Assembly (NCBI GenBank): GCA_002633005.1
Contig: NMRA01000522.1
Span: forward strand, 246,645 to 304,812
Origin: Phoronis australis
Taxonomy: Eukaryota > Animalia > Phoronida
DNA: 58,168 nt
Direction of reading: 5' to 3'
Shown piece by piece: positions 1 to 13,600 of this stretch. The notes below the pieces were generated by a model that ran no database searches, was not told the DNA's origin, and saw only the letters and a program-made list of their open reading frames with translations. Position numbers and translations under genes: made by a program. Each line of letters starts with the position of its first letter. The stretch's first letter is position 1.

Positions 1-468
1 TGTATAAAGACTATCGTACAGCTAGCTGTATAAAGACTATCGTACAGCTAGCTGTATAAAGACTATCGTACAGCTAGGTGTATAAAGACTATCGTACAGC
101 TAGCTGTATAAAGACTATCGTACAGCTAGCTGTATAAAGACTATCGTACAGCTAGCTGTATACAGACTAACGTACAGCTAGCTGTATACAGACTAACGTA
201 CAGCTAGCTGTATGAAGACTATCGTACAGCTAGCTGTATGAAGACTATCGTACAGCTAGCTGTATGAAGACTATCGTACAGCTAGCTGTATTAAGACTAT
301 CGTACAGCTAGCTGTATAAAGACTATCGTACAGCTAGCTGTATAAAGACTATCGTACAGCTAGCTGTATAAAGACTATCGTACAGCTAGCTGTATAAAGA
401 CTATCGTACAGCTAGCTGTATAAAGACTATCGTACAGCTAGCTGTATAAAGACTATCGTACAGCTAGG
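1..468. repeat. 26-bp minisatellite, ~18 copies (runs off window start)
   Basis: unit tgtataaagactatcgtacagctagc. Confidence 0.95.
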
Positions 469-1519
469 TACAGTTGTGCGATGAGCTTCGTTAGACCCCC
501 AAATTTCACAAGCTGTATAGTTCTGCTCATCACCTCATCGTGAAACTTATATCAACAAGTGGAGTCAACAACCAGTGGGGGTTCATGCAAAATCTGGGAG
601 TCATTCAATGCTCACCTTGCCCATCACAAATGTTTAAGTGAAAAACAATCTAGTAAACGTCATTTTCTTGGATGATTCTCCACCTTTTGTAACAAAGAAA
701 AACCTGTTGTTGTTTTGAAAACAGTTCGCTAGTGACACATATACATGCCCTTTCCTAAAGCTTTACGAAATGACAGCAGCAAAATTTGTTCTGAAATTCA
801 GTTCGCTGACATTAAAGTACTAAAAACTTGTAAGAAGATAAAACCTTAAGTATTGATAATTTGATGTGACATGTATGCAACCTCACAGAAGAGAAGAACA
901 GTTGACTGAACTATCAGGGGGAATGCCACTTTTTTCAACACCGGTAAATAACTAATAGACTATTAGTTACTAATAGTTTACTCAAGGAAGAGTGGAATTT
1001 TTAATGACACTGATTTTGTGTCACATTTTATGCGGTCAGTTTTTTTACCCACATCGGCGCAAAGCTGTATATTTACATCTTTGTATCAAGGTTATTTCGA
1101 ATCATGACATTAGCTAAAAGCACTAACTACTTCACATGTAGTGTCATTCATTTACAGCACTACACCGTTGATACTGTCATGTTGATCCATTGCCAATTGT
1201 GATATTGGTCAGACAACACTTTAATAGTGTCACAGTACAATCACTTCCCCAAATTACACTATGGCTGATACATGTTAATCCATTATCCAATGTGGCATTG
1301 ACTAGAAAATATTTCATAATAACACAGGCATTTACCAACATAAAACTTGTTGACATTGTCTTGCTGATCTATTACCTATTAAGACATTGACTAGAAAAAA
1401 TAGTTACGGTAATACATTACACAATCATTTACCAACAATGAACAGGTTGCTAAGTGTTGATCTGGTATGATCCATTGCCAATCAGGATATACCTTATAAA
1501 ATACAGAATGCTCACTCAC

Positions 1520-1681
1520 CAACATTACACTGACTGATACTCGTTGACCCATTACCAGCTGTGATGTTAGCCAAAGGACACAATGTACATGGTTGGCCAC
1601 CCACCACGGACTTATAGTAACCCACTTGACATTCTGTACAGTTCCCACCACTCCTGTCTTCTTTGCCCACAGGGCAGTTCA
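1520..1681 (-). CDS. Exon 52: GCC repeat (type B); gene continues beyond position 1
   Basis: [23 protein letters not shown]...QCNV|gtgagt; 162 nt. Confidence 0.9.
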
Positions 1682-4600
1682 CTGCAATGACCACAACATA
1701 GTTTCATGGAGGTATTTTATTACAAAACTACATCTAGACTTTGTAAAATGTTAATTTCAACCAAAAAGTTCCAGAGTAAAGGAAACAGAATACATTAAAT
1801 ATGATTGATGTTTATCCTTTACTATCAAATATTTAGTTACATTTATCAGAATCCTATCAAGCCATAATTAGACATAAAACCACACACAACAAAACTAAAA
1901 CTGCCAGGAATAAACATAGAATGGCAAAACTAAATTGACTGGCAAGGTGACATAAATGGAACATAAAATTAGCACAAATTATTACATAACAAAATGGCTA
2001 TCATGCCAACTTCTGACAGAAACCAACTTTAGGCTCAAGCCACTTACCAAATTATAAAACAAGTGCCAGTGTATTCCTTACTCATATTAGAAATAATACC
2101 TGCCCTCATCTAGTAGTAACAGTTTGCTATTGTACAAGACCAGGTGCATTCAGTTGAGTTCACCATGTTCTCCAGCAAACCAAAAAATTCCATGAAAGGA
2201 CCAGTAATGGTAAGAGCTAGTCGGTCTTTTCAAACATTTCAACAGGAGGTGGGTACAAAGTATTTACTAACTGAAAATGTGTCAATTGTTACATTTTAGT
2301 AAGTCAAGATGAGAAAGATTTGATACAAAAATGTGACCGCTCACATGGTTAGAAGGCGAAAACAGCACAATTCAAGTGGTGAAACTTAGATGTCAATGTG
2401 TCAACACATAGCATCAGCTGGAGACTCCGTCATATCCAGAATTATGACTTACATTTGCAGTCTGATTGTGCTGTAGACCCTTCTTTTCCCAATGTATCCA
2501 TATCCTTTGGACACTGTACACATTCCATTTGCAGTGGTTTGTTCTGGTAGTAGCCATTGGCACACTTTGTACAGTTATAGTCCTTTGTCTTGTTAATGAA
2601 CTCTCCAGGTCCACATTTAGCTGAAGAAGAAAACTTTGCAATCATTTCCCATGAATTACTAAGCAAACCTTTAGAAGCAACATAAAACTATTGTCAAAAT
2701 TTTCATTGATACAAAATCGTGCAAACCCCATATCAGCTTTGAGCCAAACCATGGGCAACTGTGAGAAAAAATCTTATAATTCGAGGTACATATTAAAAAC
2801 AGTAAGTCACGAGAAAACAAAAATCATGCTCACCCCACAAACAATCAGCTTCTGAAACTGACCCATTAGTTGGTGTTGTACGGTCATTAGGGCACTGCTT
2901 GCATGTCCATGACTCAGTCTTGTTACGATAGGAGCCTTGATCACACTTGCTACATTTGGTCGCGTCATTGGGGTTAACTTGCTCACCAGCTGGACAGTCA
3001 CCTGAAAACAGAAACCAGAAAACCAAGACTTAGATCTCTCTTCCATACATTGACCAGGAACAGCATACATTCTAGAAATTGTGCTGATTACTGCAATCTA
3101 TAGAATACAATTATTATTATTTTCAGATTGCTAACAGGACTAGACTGTTTGACAATGATGCACTTTGAAAATTGAATATAATTGTCACACGCATGAAGAA
3201 AACTGTGCTAAAGAAAAACTTTTAATGTATGAAACAATGCGAGCAATGCAGCATTGTATTGCATCACCAGTGTGCCTCACATGCAATAGATCACCTGTGT
3301 GCCTCACATGCAGTAGAAATACAGAGAAACACTTAAAATGCCATCAGGGAATGCTACAGTCCATAGGGAAATCTGCTCAAAAACTGAATGGTGATGGCGG
3401 ATTCCCATAACATACCCCTGTGTCACATTTCAATAAAATTTGTCAAAGTCTTTCACCAAAATATGCAGACAAATGATTTCTTGTTGAAAACTAAATCAAA
3501 CGGGGTAACACATTTGAAAATTAGCTGGTGCTGGTGAATTCCAACCACATCTCTCTCTGTCTATTTTTACTAAACTTCATGAAGTTTTTTTTGCCAAAAA
3601 TTGACAGAAAATCAATGCCTTGTTGGCTTACTGGGGTGTAATGAATCTGTATGGAAATGGACTGGTGTCAGCACTCACCTGACATGTAACCTATCATGAT
3701 TTGGTAAGTAGTTTTTGAGATAATCAAATGACAAGATGCAGGATGCAGATTACATACGATCACAAAATCATTGATGGCAGCATAGACTACAGTGCCTGGA
3801 TTGCCAACTCCGTATACTTTCAATGGACGAAGTCTGTGCTCTCACAGAAGCAATGACATCAGATTCCCTAGCGACACCTGGCCAAATTATCTGATGATAT
3901 TTCCGGCAAGTATATCATTTGCTAATCATGGTTGGCTGTTGTGTCATCACAATACACTAACCAGAAACTGGGACATGTAATTTAGGAGAGTGGCACCTCT
4001 TCTAGGATATAACGCATGAAAATGTCGGAGTTGCAAATCTGTTGTCTATAATCTATGGTGGCAGCACAAACAGCAAATATTAAATAAATGATAGAAGTAC
4101 AGAAAGCAAGATTATTGGAATTGTTTTCCACTTTCTGCTTATAATTTGGCCACAACTTTTAAAACATCAAAGGCAAGATTGATGTCAATTATTTCAGTCT
4201 GTAAAAAAATTCAGCAAACAAGCTTTAGTTGCTAAAAATAAAAATGAATGGCAAAACTTACGTATACAGCTGGTCTCATTAGTCTGCGTCTCTGCCTTAG
4301 TGGTGTATCCACTATCACATTTCTTGCAAGAAGTCTGCCACTTCTCTGGTTGATATGTTCCCACTTCACATGGTTTACACGTCTTGCCTGATGCATAGTA
4401 TCCAGCAGTGCAGTTGCCTACATAGTGTAATGTAGCAGTATATTAACCAGGCAACAAAATTAGAAAGTGGATGAACGGAAGTTACAATGACTTATAAAGA
4501 TATCAATAATTCAACATACAATACAAAGAGCTTAATTAAATAGCAAAAGAATGATTTAAACAAACGTGATCCTGCTTTTTTAAATGAACATTTTAGTGCA

Positions 4601-7600
4601 ATTCATTTAGTTCACGACTGTTAATACAAGCATCTATTGACTGAAAACGACACATCCGAATCGGTCCCAATAAATGAAGTCTATTCTCCTTTACAGTCAG
4701 TTAAACACAACTATGGCTAGTTACCTTGACTACACTGTTCCACAGAAGTAGACCCATTGGTTGGTGTTATGAGGGAAACATTACATGCCATACACGAGTC
4801 CTCCAATGTTTTGTTACGGTAGAATCCACGTTCACAAATAACACACGATTTTGTGGGCATGGCTACATACTCATACCCAGATTGGCAATCCACTAGAAGG
4901 AAAAGAAAAGGAGACAATCAGAACAATTCATAGTTCAAAATATATTCAGAATAAGATGACATTATGGCAAACGTAATGTAAGACCAGGGCCTACTTACAA
5001 ACACAATTACTGGTGTCTCTGGAGCCATTCACAAATGTTGTCTGCTTCTTTCCATTATGATCAGGACATGATGTACACTGTTTCTGCCACCAGGTGTCCT
5101 GGTATGTCCCTTTAGGACATGGCTGGCAAGTGTAGGTAGACATTTCTATGTATTCACCCTCGGTACAGTTTGCTGAAAAGAAAAGCACACATCACTGAAA
5201 AAAATATGACCAATAGAAAGACTTATTCCAAAATTACACAAGAGAAATGCCGAGCATTGAAATGTGCCCACAAATGCAGAACAAACGTGGTGCTTCAAGG
5301 ATTGTTTATTTCTATCATAAAAATAGCCACTAGATGGCGCAAAAACGTCCAATACATCCAAAAACGGGAACAAGCCATCGCTTTTTTAATAGAAGGCCAT
5401 TCACCGAATTTCATAAAAATCTGTCACAGAACTTCAGAGAAACAAAAGAAAATGGAAAAATGAAATTGCCACTAGGGATCTGCCTAAAAGTCATCGCCAT
5501 TTGATGTTAGCTTCATATAAATACACTTATTAATTTAATAAAGATCCTGTAATGGATTTAGGAGATACAGCTATGGGCGCAAAACAAAACAAAACTACCA
5601 TTAGGAGGCACCACAGTAGTCGAAGTCGTCATCGTCAACCGTCCTCTATACACTGAGAACATATACGCCAATTTTTCAAAACCATCCTTAGAATGGTTTG
5701 ATTGATAGACGGTGGACTCAAAAACAGCAAAAATGGCAACTAGGTGGCGCAAAGTACCTCGATTCCATCCTAAAACAGAAGGATAGCATCACCTCACTAA
5801 TAGATGCCAAGTTTTATGCAAATCTGTTAAGGACTTCTGAAGATCTGAGGTAAATGTAAAAAACTAAAATTGCCACTAGGGGGCACACCAGTGGTCAGAG
5901 CAATCCAAAAGTCGTGGTCGTCCGTTGTCAACATCATATAAATACACTTGCTAAATTTAGTGATTAGATCCTGCAAATGATAAAGGAGATAAAGCCATGG
6001 GCGAAAAAAACAAAACTGCCACTAGAAGGCATCTGAATAGTTGAAGTCCTCGAAAAATCATCATAAGCTACCATAGTAAGAACATACATGCCAAATTCCA
6101 CAATCATCCTTAGAGCAGTCTGGTTGATAGAGGGTGAACGCCAATAAACAGAATCTAAAACAATAAAAATGGCCACTAGGTGGCGCAAACTACATCAAGT
6201 CCATCCGAAAATGCGATGATAGTGTCATCTCACTAACAGATGCCTATTTGCCAAATTTTATGACAAGAGCAACGCGGAGCGTTGAAATGCGCCCACGAAT
6301 GCATGGCAAATGGTCTGCTTTTAGGGTTACTTATTTGTATCATAAAAATGGCCACTAGATGGCGCAAAAACATATAATCCATCCAAAAACAGGAACATGC
6401 CACATTTCATAAAAATCTGTCAAGGAACTTCAGAGAAACAAAGGAATACAGAATAACATGAAACTGCCACTAGTGGGCACAGTGTCCGTTGGATCCGCCT
6501 GAAAGTTGTCGTCGTCTGTTGTTATCTTCATATAAATACACTTTCTAAATTCAATAAAGATCCTGCAGTGGGTTTAAGAGATACAACTATGGGCGCAAAA
6601 CAAAACTACCCCTAGGAGGCGCCACAGTAGTCAGTCACCATCATCAAAGGTGGTCTTCACATTGAGAACATATATATTTAATATTTATTTTCAAATGATT
6701 TGGTAAATACAGGGGTGGAAGCCGAAAACAAGATCTGTAAACAGCAAAAATAGCCACTAGGTGGTGCAAAATACCTAGATATTTAAAATTTTAAAAAAAC
6801 CTGTTGAGGACTTTTGAAGACACAGAATTAAACGTAAAAAACTAAAATTACCACCAGGGGGCACAGCAGTAGTCAGATATGTCCGAAAAACGTCGTCGTC
6901 CATAGCCAACATAATTTTCACCATCATCCTTAGAGCGGTTTGGTTGATAGAGGGGTGGATGCCAAAAAACAGGCTCGAAAACAGTAAAAATGGTGCAAAC
7001 TACCTCAAATCCATCGGAAAACGGGAGGACAGTGTCATCTCACTAAGAGGTGCTTAAATGCCGTATTTTATGATATACATTGAGGACCTTAAGTTTGAAG
7101 ATACACTGGTAAGCGTAAAAAAGGAACATATATGCAAAATTTCGTGAACATAAATCAGCGGACGCCGGACGAACGGACGCCGGAGATGAAGGCATAATGC
7201 GTCCACATGCAATATATGGGCACATAATAAATGAAATTCTAACAATCTACTTCAACCTTCTACTTTGACAAACAGTACGTTCGAGGTAAAACAATACATT
7301 ATCTATTTCACTGTTACGTTTCTATTCCGATGGGTTATACAAGCCTCAATCAAGCAATATTTTTTAGCTAAAAGAAGCTCTTATGTACTTACGTAAGTTA
7401 CATAGTGACCTTGACACAGTGCCATTGGATTCAGTAATGTTATTTCCAGGACACGGCTTACACATTTCCTCCATTGTCTTGTCGCGATAATATGCTTGTT
7501 TACACGTGTCACATGTCCACGTAACATTGTTGAACTCTGTACCAGATGGGCAATCCACTGCAAATGCAAAAAATCATTTTGCCCTTAGCGCATTCTTGTG

Positions 7601-10600
7601 CAAAAGTCTGGGAAATAAAGGATATACACAACTTATCCAATGTTACACATGAAATTCTTATTCAATAAAACCAATGAGCATTTATAAAATAAAAATGTCT
7701 TGTCAAAGAGTTGTAAATTGTGTAATATGTCTTATCACATGGCACTTTGTTGGGTTAAAAGAACATTCAATAACACAGCTATGTCACACTTACAGACACA
7801 GTTACTTGTATCTTTAGAGCCACGAACAAATGTTGTTTGGTTCTTTCCATTGTACTGTGGACACATTTTACACTGTTTCTGCCACCAGGTGTCCTGGTAT
7901 GTTCCTTTAGGACATGGCTTGCATGTGTACGAAACCATGTCTATGTATTCACCCTCAGTACAGTTAGCTAGAGGAAAGGAAAACGAGATTCTTAAAGACA
8001 GCATGTATCTCAATTACGTACTACATACAAAAATTCTTGAAGACAAGAACACATATTACTAAGGCCTTATGGCTACATCAAGTAGACCTAGATATATGTG
8101 TCACTGGGAAAGCTTAACATAACCATAATTATGTTACCTCACAAACTCCAAGAAGATTACAGAGAGCTTGCAAATACTCTCAAAAATTGCATGAAAGGTT
8201 ATTCTAAAGTCAATCTCTAATGACAAATATACAGTAAAATATACCAATGACAGAGAACATACCAGGAAACTATCCTGAATAAGTGAACTACAGCCTGTAT
8301 GAAATTATCGTCAGTTAAACAAAAACTCTGAAAAAAACATAAGAAAATCTCATAAATTATAAAATTCAAAATGCATGATGAACTTCAGATCATAAGGTTG
8401 ATTAAGTCATAGTCGTTCATTTCCTTTCTGCAAAGCTTGGTTTCCCACATTTTGCATTCAACGACAGACATACTTACGTAGGTTACACATGGCTACAGAG
8501 GCTGTTCCATTAGTTTCAGTTATGTTTCCTCCAGGACAAGGCATACACTTATCGTCTAAGTTTTTATCACGGAAGAATGCCTGCGCACATATCTTACAGG
8601 TGAATGTTTGAGCATCAAACTCGTAACCAGATTTGCAATCCACTGTAACAAAAGAGTAACCCATTTGTAAGTTTGATGATTACCAAGCAAAATCGTACTA
8701 AATAAATGAAGATGAAATAAACACAATACAAGTAGGGTGTACTTGTATTATTCTATAGAAAATATCTGAAGACTTTAGCAATATTTAGCTGCTCAAATCA
8801 TAACTTACAAGAAGACACTTGAAAATCACTTGAGAGAATAGATTTTGCACTGCTTGTGAACTACACATTGTAGAAGTCAATTTTTTTTTTTTTTTAATTG
8901 AGTGTCCACTGGCAATTTAAGAACAACTTTCAAGATTTTAAGAATCAACTGTGAACTTAGCGTAGAAAATGTCAATTGAAGTATGACCATTTAAATTTAG
9001 CTAGTAAAGATAGATTACAGGCCTTCCAGTGGTTTTCATTTTGATTAGTGAATTCATATCTTATTACACATCAATTAGTGAATCTGTATCTTATAACACA
9101 TGAATTCTTGCCATTCCAAAATAACATCAGCAATAGGAGGAAGATACTTACAGACACACGAATTATTACTCGTTGAACTGTTTTTAAATGTTGTCATTGG
9201 CAAACCAGAGAGACTGTGGTTGCCACAAGGTCTACATTTAGTCTGCCACCAGGTGTCCTGGTATGTTCCTTTGGCACATGGTTCACATGCATTGGAGCCA
9301 GTGTGCAAGTATTCACCCTCTGTACAGTTGGCTAGAATAAAAAGTTTTATACTTCATACATAGGCAGCTCTAAAATTTGTTAGCATGAGCATTTGGAGAA
9401 GAATAAAATCAAAAGACAAGACTTTTTTGCTCAGTTGAACATAACATGGAACAATTAATGTAAATTTGAAACTGCCTCAATTTCCTTGCAATAACCATGT
9501 TGACATTCAATACAGTCACTGGTACTGTAGATGCAACAGGTGAGAATACTTACGAACATTACAGTCTGTAGAGTTGACAGCGCCTGTTGTCATGGTGATG
9601 AAGTCAACAGGACACCTTGTACAGGCGTCAACACCCTCATTATCCTTATAATAACCTCGGTGACATTTAGTACAGTTGCCAGAATTGTCACGCTCTTCTT
9701 TACCCATGGGACAATGCACTACAATAATTTGTACCAAACATTACACAATGCACTACAATAATTTGTACCAAACATTACACAATGCACTACAATAATTTGT
9801 ACCAAACATTACACAATTCACTACAATAATTTGTACCAAACATTACACAATTCACTCCAATAATTTGTACCAAACATTACACAATGCACTACAATAATTT
9901 GTACCAAACATTACACAATGCACTACAATAATTTGTACCAAACATTACACAATTCACTACAATAATTTGTACCAAACATTACACAATGCACTACAATAAT
10001 TTGTACCAAACATTACACAATGCACTACAATAATTTGTACCAAACATTACACAATGCACTACAATAATTTGTACCAAACATTACACAATGCACTACAATA
10101 ATTTGTACCAAACATTACAAAATCTACAAGTAACACACTTACTACTACATTATTAAGAGCCAAGCATAAAAATGGCAATGTGATCATTCTGGCAATGACA
10201 GAGACCTCAAGAAAAAGGCAAGAGTGTACAAATACTAAACAAAAAATGGAAAATCAAAAACTACTTACAAATACAATCACTGACACTAGCTGATCCCAGA
10301 TCTCGTGTGCTTTTGTCTACAGGACATGAGGTACAGTTGGTTTGCCATTTCTGATCTTGATATTCACCTACTGGGCACTGTTGACACACATTGCTGCTGT
10401 TCCTGAAGGTACCCGCACTGCAATTTCCTGAGTGAAAAAAGATAGATTGATGTGTTCCGAACACCGATTATGTTACCAATCTTTGATAATCCATACAGTG
10501 TGTTATGTATAAACAGTGGTATAACTGATATGCAGATGTTTACATATTACTGTTTTATACTCGTCACCCCAGCAGCAGGTTGCACTACACAGCACAGACT

Positions 10601-13600
10601 GTTTGCATAATTACCAAAATGCGCCATGTATGTATTCATTCTCAATTGTGCTTGGTGCATATTTTTGAAATACAAATTATAAGAGTATATTTCAATTGTA
10701 CTATTCAGTTTATCAGGTGCACTACCTGTCACAGTTCAGGATCATGGCAGTTTCCACCATTAAACCTAAAATCTGCATTTTCAGTAAAAAATAAGACATG
10801 GTCTGTAATTTAGAAACACTACTTTCTGAATTCATTTTAGTTCACATAAAAAAAATTAAAACAGATTGCAGTCCCAAGTCTAAAAACCTGCCAGGGGTAA
10901 AATCTGTGTATCATCGTGTTACCCGATTGTAGGTTACCATCTTGAAAAATTATAACTTGAAGGATACTTCTATCATACCATATTCTTCCACTACAACATG
11001 GTGGATAGAAGGATTGTTAGTTGTAATTACACTAGAATTTTATTGTTCAATATTCCAATTCATTCTGAATGAATTTCATCAAAAACATATTTATGCATAA
11101 ACCAGATAACTAAGTGTATTTACTCAATTACTACACAGACGACAAAATTAAAGAAATATATAATCTCCCTTTCAATCTACCCATAAACCCTCATTTGACA
11201 ATGTTTAAATACTTTTTCATCCACTAAGGAATTTACACAAACAAAATTTTTTAAATATTTGGTATTTTACAGACCAATGTCCCTACTGCTTCTGTGTTAA
11301 ACATTTCTGGAATTCTTTACATCATTTCATGAGTTAGTTAAATTTTTATTAACTTACACACTGAGCCGTCCATGTACCACTTCTTAGTTTGCTTCTTTGG
11401 CAATCTAAGTGAAATCTTCAATACCTTATACACTCATGCTCGAAATTATTATACATCATTGAGAGATGGGTCTCAATCTTGTTTTAATAAGTTCAAATGT
11501 ATACTTTTTGATGCACTGAACCTCATTGTATTTAACACCTCTGATAAAACTTCAGAACAGTGGAGGGTTTTGCAGGCATCACTTCAAAATGATTCAAGCA
11601 AAATATGGTGTTATTTTTTAACCACTTCTATGTTGTATTATAAGAAAACTAACTTTTTCACAAATATGCACCTACGTAAGTTAAGTTTATTAAACCGTGT
11701 GAATGTGAGTGTAAATGAATGTATGAAAGTCCTCCCCCTTCCCATTTCCATCCCCCTTTTACATTAATCTCAGCTAATTATTCGCCCAATCATTAGGAGT
11801 TATTTTCCAGATACTTTGACGTATTGTCCTTTAGTATGTTGCAAAGGTAAGTAGTTGGGGCCACCCAACCCCAACCATGTCTACTAATCACTAATGATAT
11901 GCTTTCTGGGTAAGTAAATGTATTGAAAAAAATTTTTAAAAAACTTGATGGTTCAGTGGCCCGTGAGCAAATGAAACATGTTCATCTTGCAGAATAACTT
12001 AAAAGTATGTGACAATCAGATTAATTTAACTGTCGTTTTGTAACACTTTATATTTGGACCACTCTATCCTGTTATTTTTTCCCATTGACATAACCAACTG
12101 AAGAATGACAACATACCTTCTATATTACGACTACTGTTGCACAGATTCAATGCACACTCAAAATTATTTGCCTACAACATTTTACCTTACTGTTAAAACA
12201 GTGGTTCAATGAAGGATATTTTTAACTTTCTCTTCATAACAAGCGCATGCATGTGAGCTTATTTCCAAAATTTTACACATCAATCAATAATTGCATTTAC
12301 GGAAGAATTAGTCATGTTCACTGAGATTTTCCAGGACTAGTGATATGCTCTGTTAAATCCCAGAAACTGTGCCAGAGTCCAGTAATAATCATAGTGAAAA
12401 AATATGCCTTCGATATAGTGATTTAAAATCATGCTCTGCAACTCTTCATCATTATATAAAGAGGTCTTGACCTTCAATTGAATCCGTTGTCATACGAGCC
12501 TGACTAAACAATGCATTCAGAGTGTTATAGTTTGTGGCATTCACTAGTAGCTTATAGATCGTATTATCATTGAAATTGTCACAAATTTTCTACCACTGAC
12601 AGAAAATCTCACGCACATTAACACCAAAGGATAGACCATTTCATTAAATTTGAATAAAGGTTTAGCAGGTAATTAACAATTTTATTCGAAGAGGTAGAGC
12701 ACCCTCTATCACAGACAGGTTTTAGCATCATGTACCTTCAGTATAACGAGAGCCATAGTATGGATTACACCAAAGAACACAATTCACAAGGCATCATACT
12801 TACTGATATTGCAGTCTGATATATTTGAGCTGGCTACACTAGACGTGATGTAGTCTACAGGACACAAACTACACATGTCAAACTTGAAGTCTCCATTTGC
12901 CTTGTAATAACCAATACTGCAGGGTATACAGCTACCAGATGAGTTCTTCTCATAACCAGGGTGACAGAATGCTGTAAAGTGATAAAGTAATTATAAGTGG
13001 CAGTAATAAATATGTTTTAATCAGTTTAACCTACACCACTTCCAATGAAATAAAGTTCAGAAAAACAAAACCTTGAGTTTATGAAATTTCTAGCTTTTAC
13101 AAGTCAGAGGCAGCAAAAGGCACTGATATGCTTATATATGCATCATAAACAGAACATTTGTAGGATTGGTTACAAGCTTCATGTAATACAATAACAGACC
13201 TGGTAGCTGCAACAGTAAGAATTAATAAAAATATTTGTATCTCACTTTTTAAGTAAACAACAAATCCTAAAGTATTTAAGAGAGCATATGGACAGGTCTT
13301 AGCCCTTTTCCCCATAATTTCGGTCTAGTCCACTAATTCCTTTGAGCAGGACTGCACGTTGTTTTCCCAGCCTTCATAGAGGTCTATTGTTGTCACAGCT
13401 CTTGGCTTTCATAGGCTGATGATTGTCACGTGTCCTTAAGCATTCTCTTTGTAAGTGTAATCCCGTTTTCAGTTCACCTTCGTTGTTCTGGCCACCTTGA
13501 CATACATTCTAAAACTTCTAGATTTTTTTCTTTGTTTTCACCATTTACTTTGTGTCTATTTACTCTCACATTAAGCTCGTTTTCACGTTATATTACCATG

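Noticed and set aside
1-468. Palindromic 26-bp repeats resembling a CRISPR array
   Set aside because: Units are head-to-tail with no unique spacers, there are no cas genes, and the context is a eukaryotic intron.
5170-6188. Similar short ORFs (IKIATRW.., MRHLVAIF..) here and at 20634-20924
   Set aside because: The similarity comes from the non-coding repeat family, and the frames are not preserved between copies.
7700-9363. Plus-strand ORFs sharing [10 protein letters not shown] (7700-8062, 9100-9363)
   Set aside because: Antisense shadows of the paralogous GCC exons 45 and 43.
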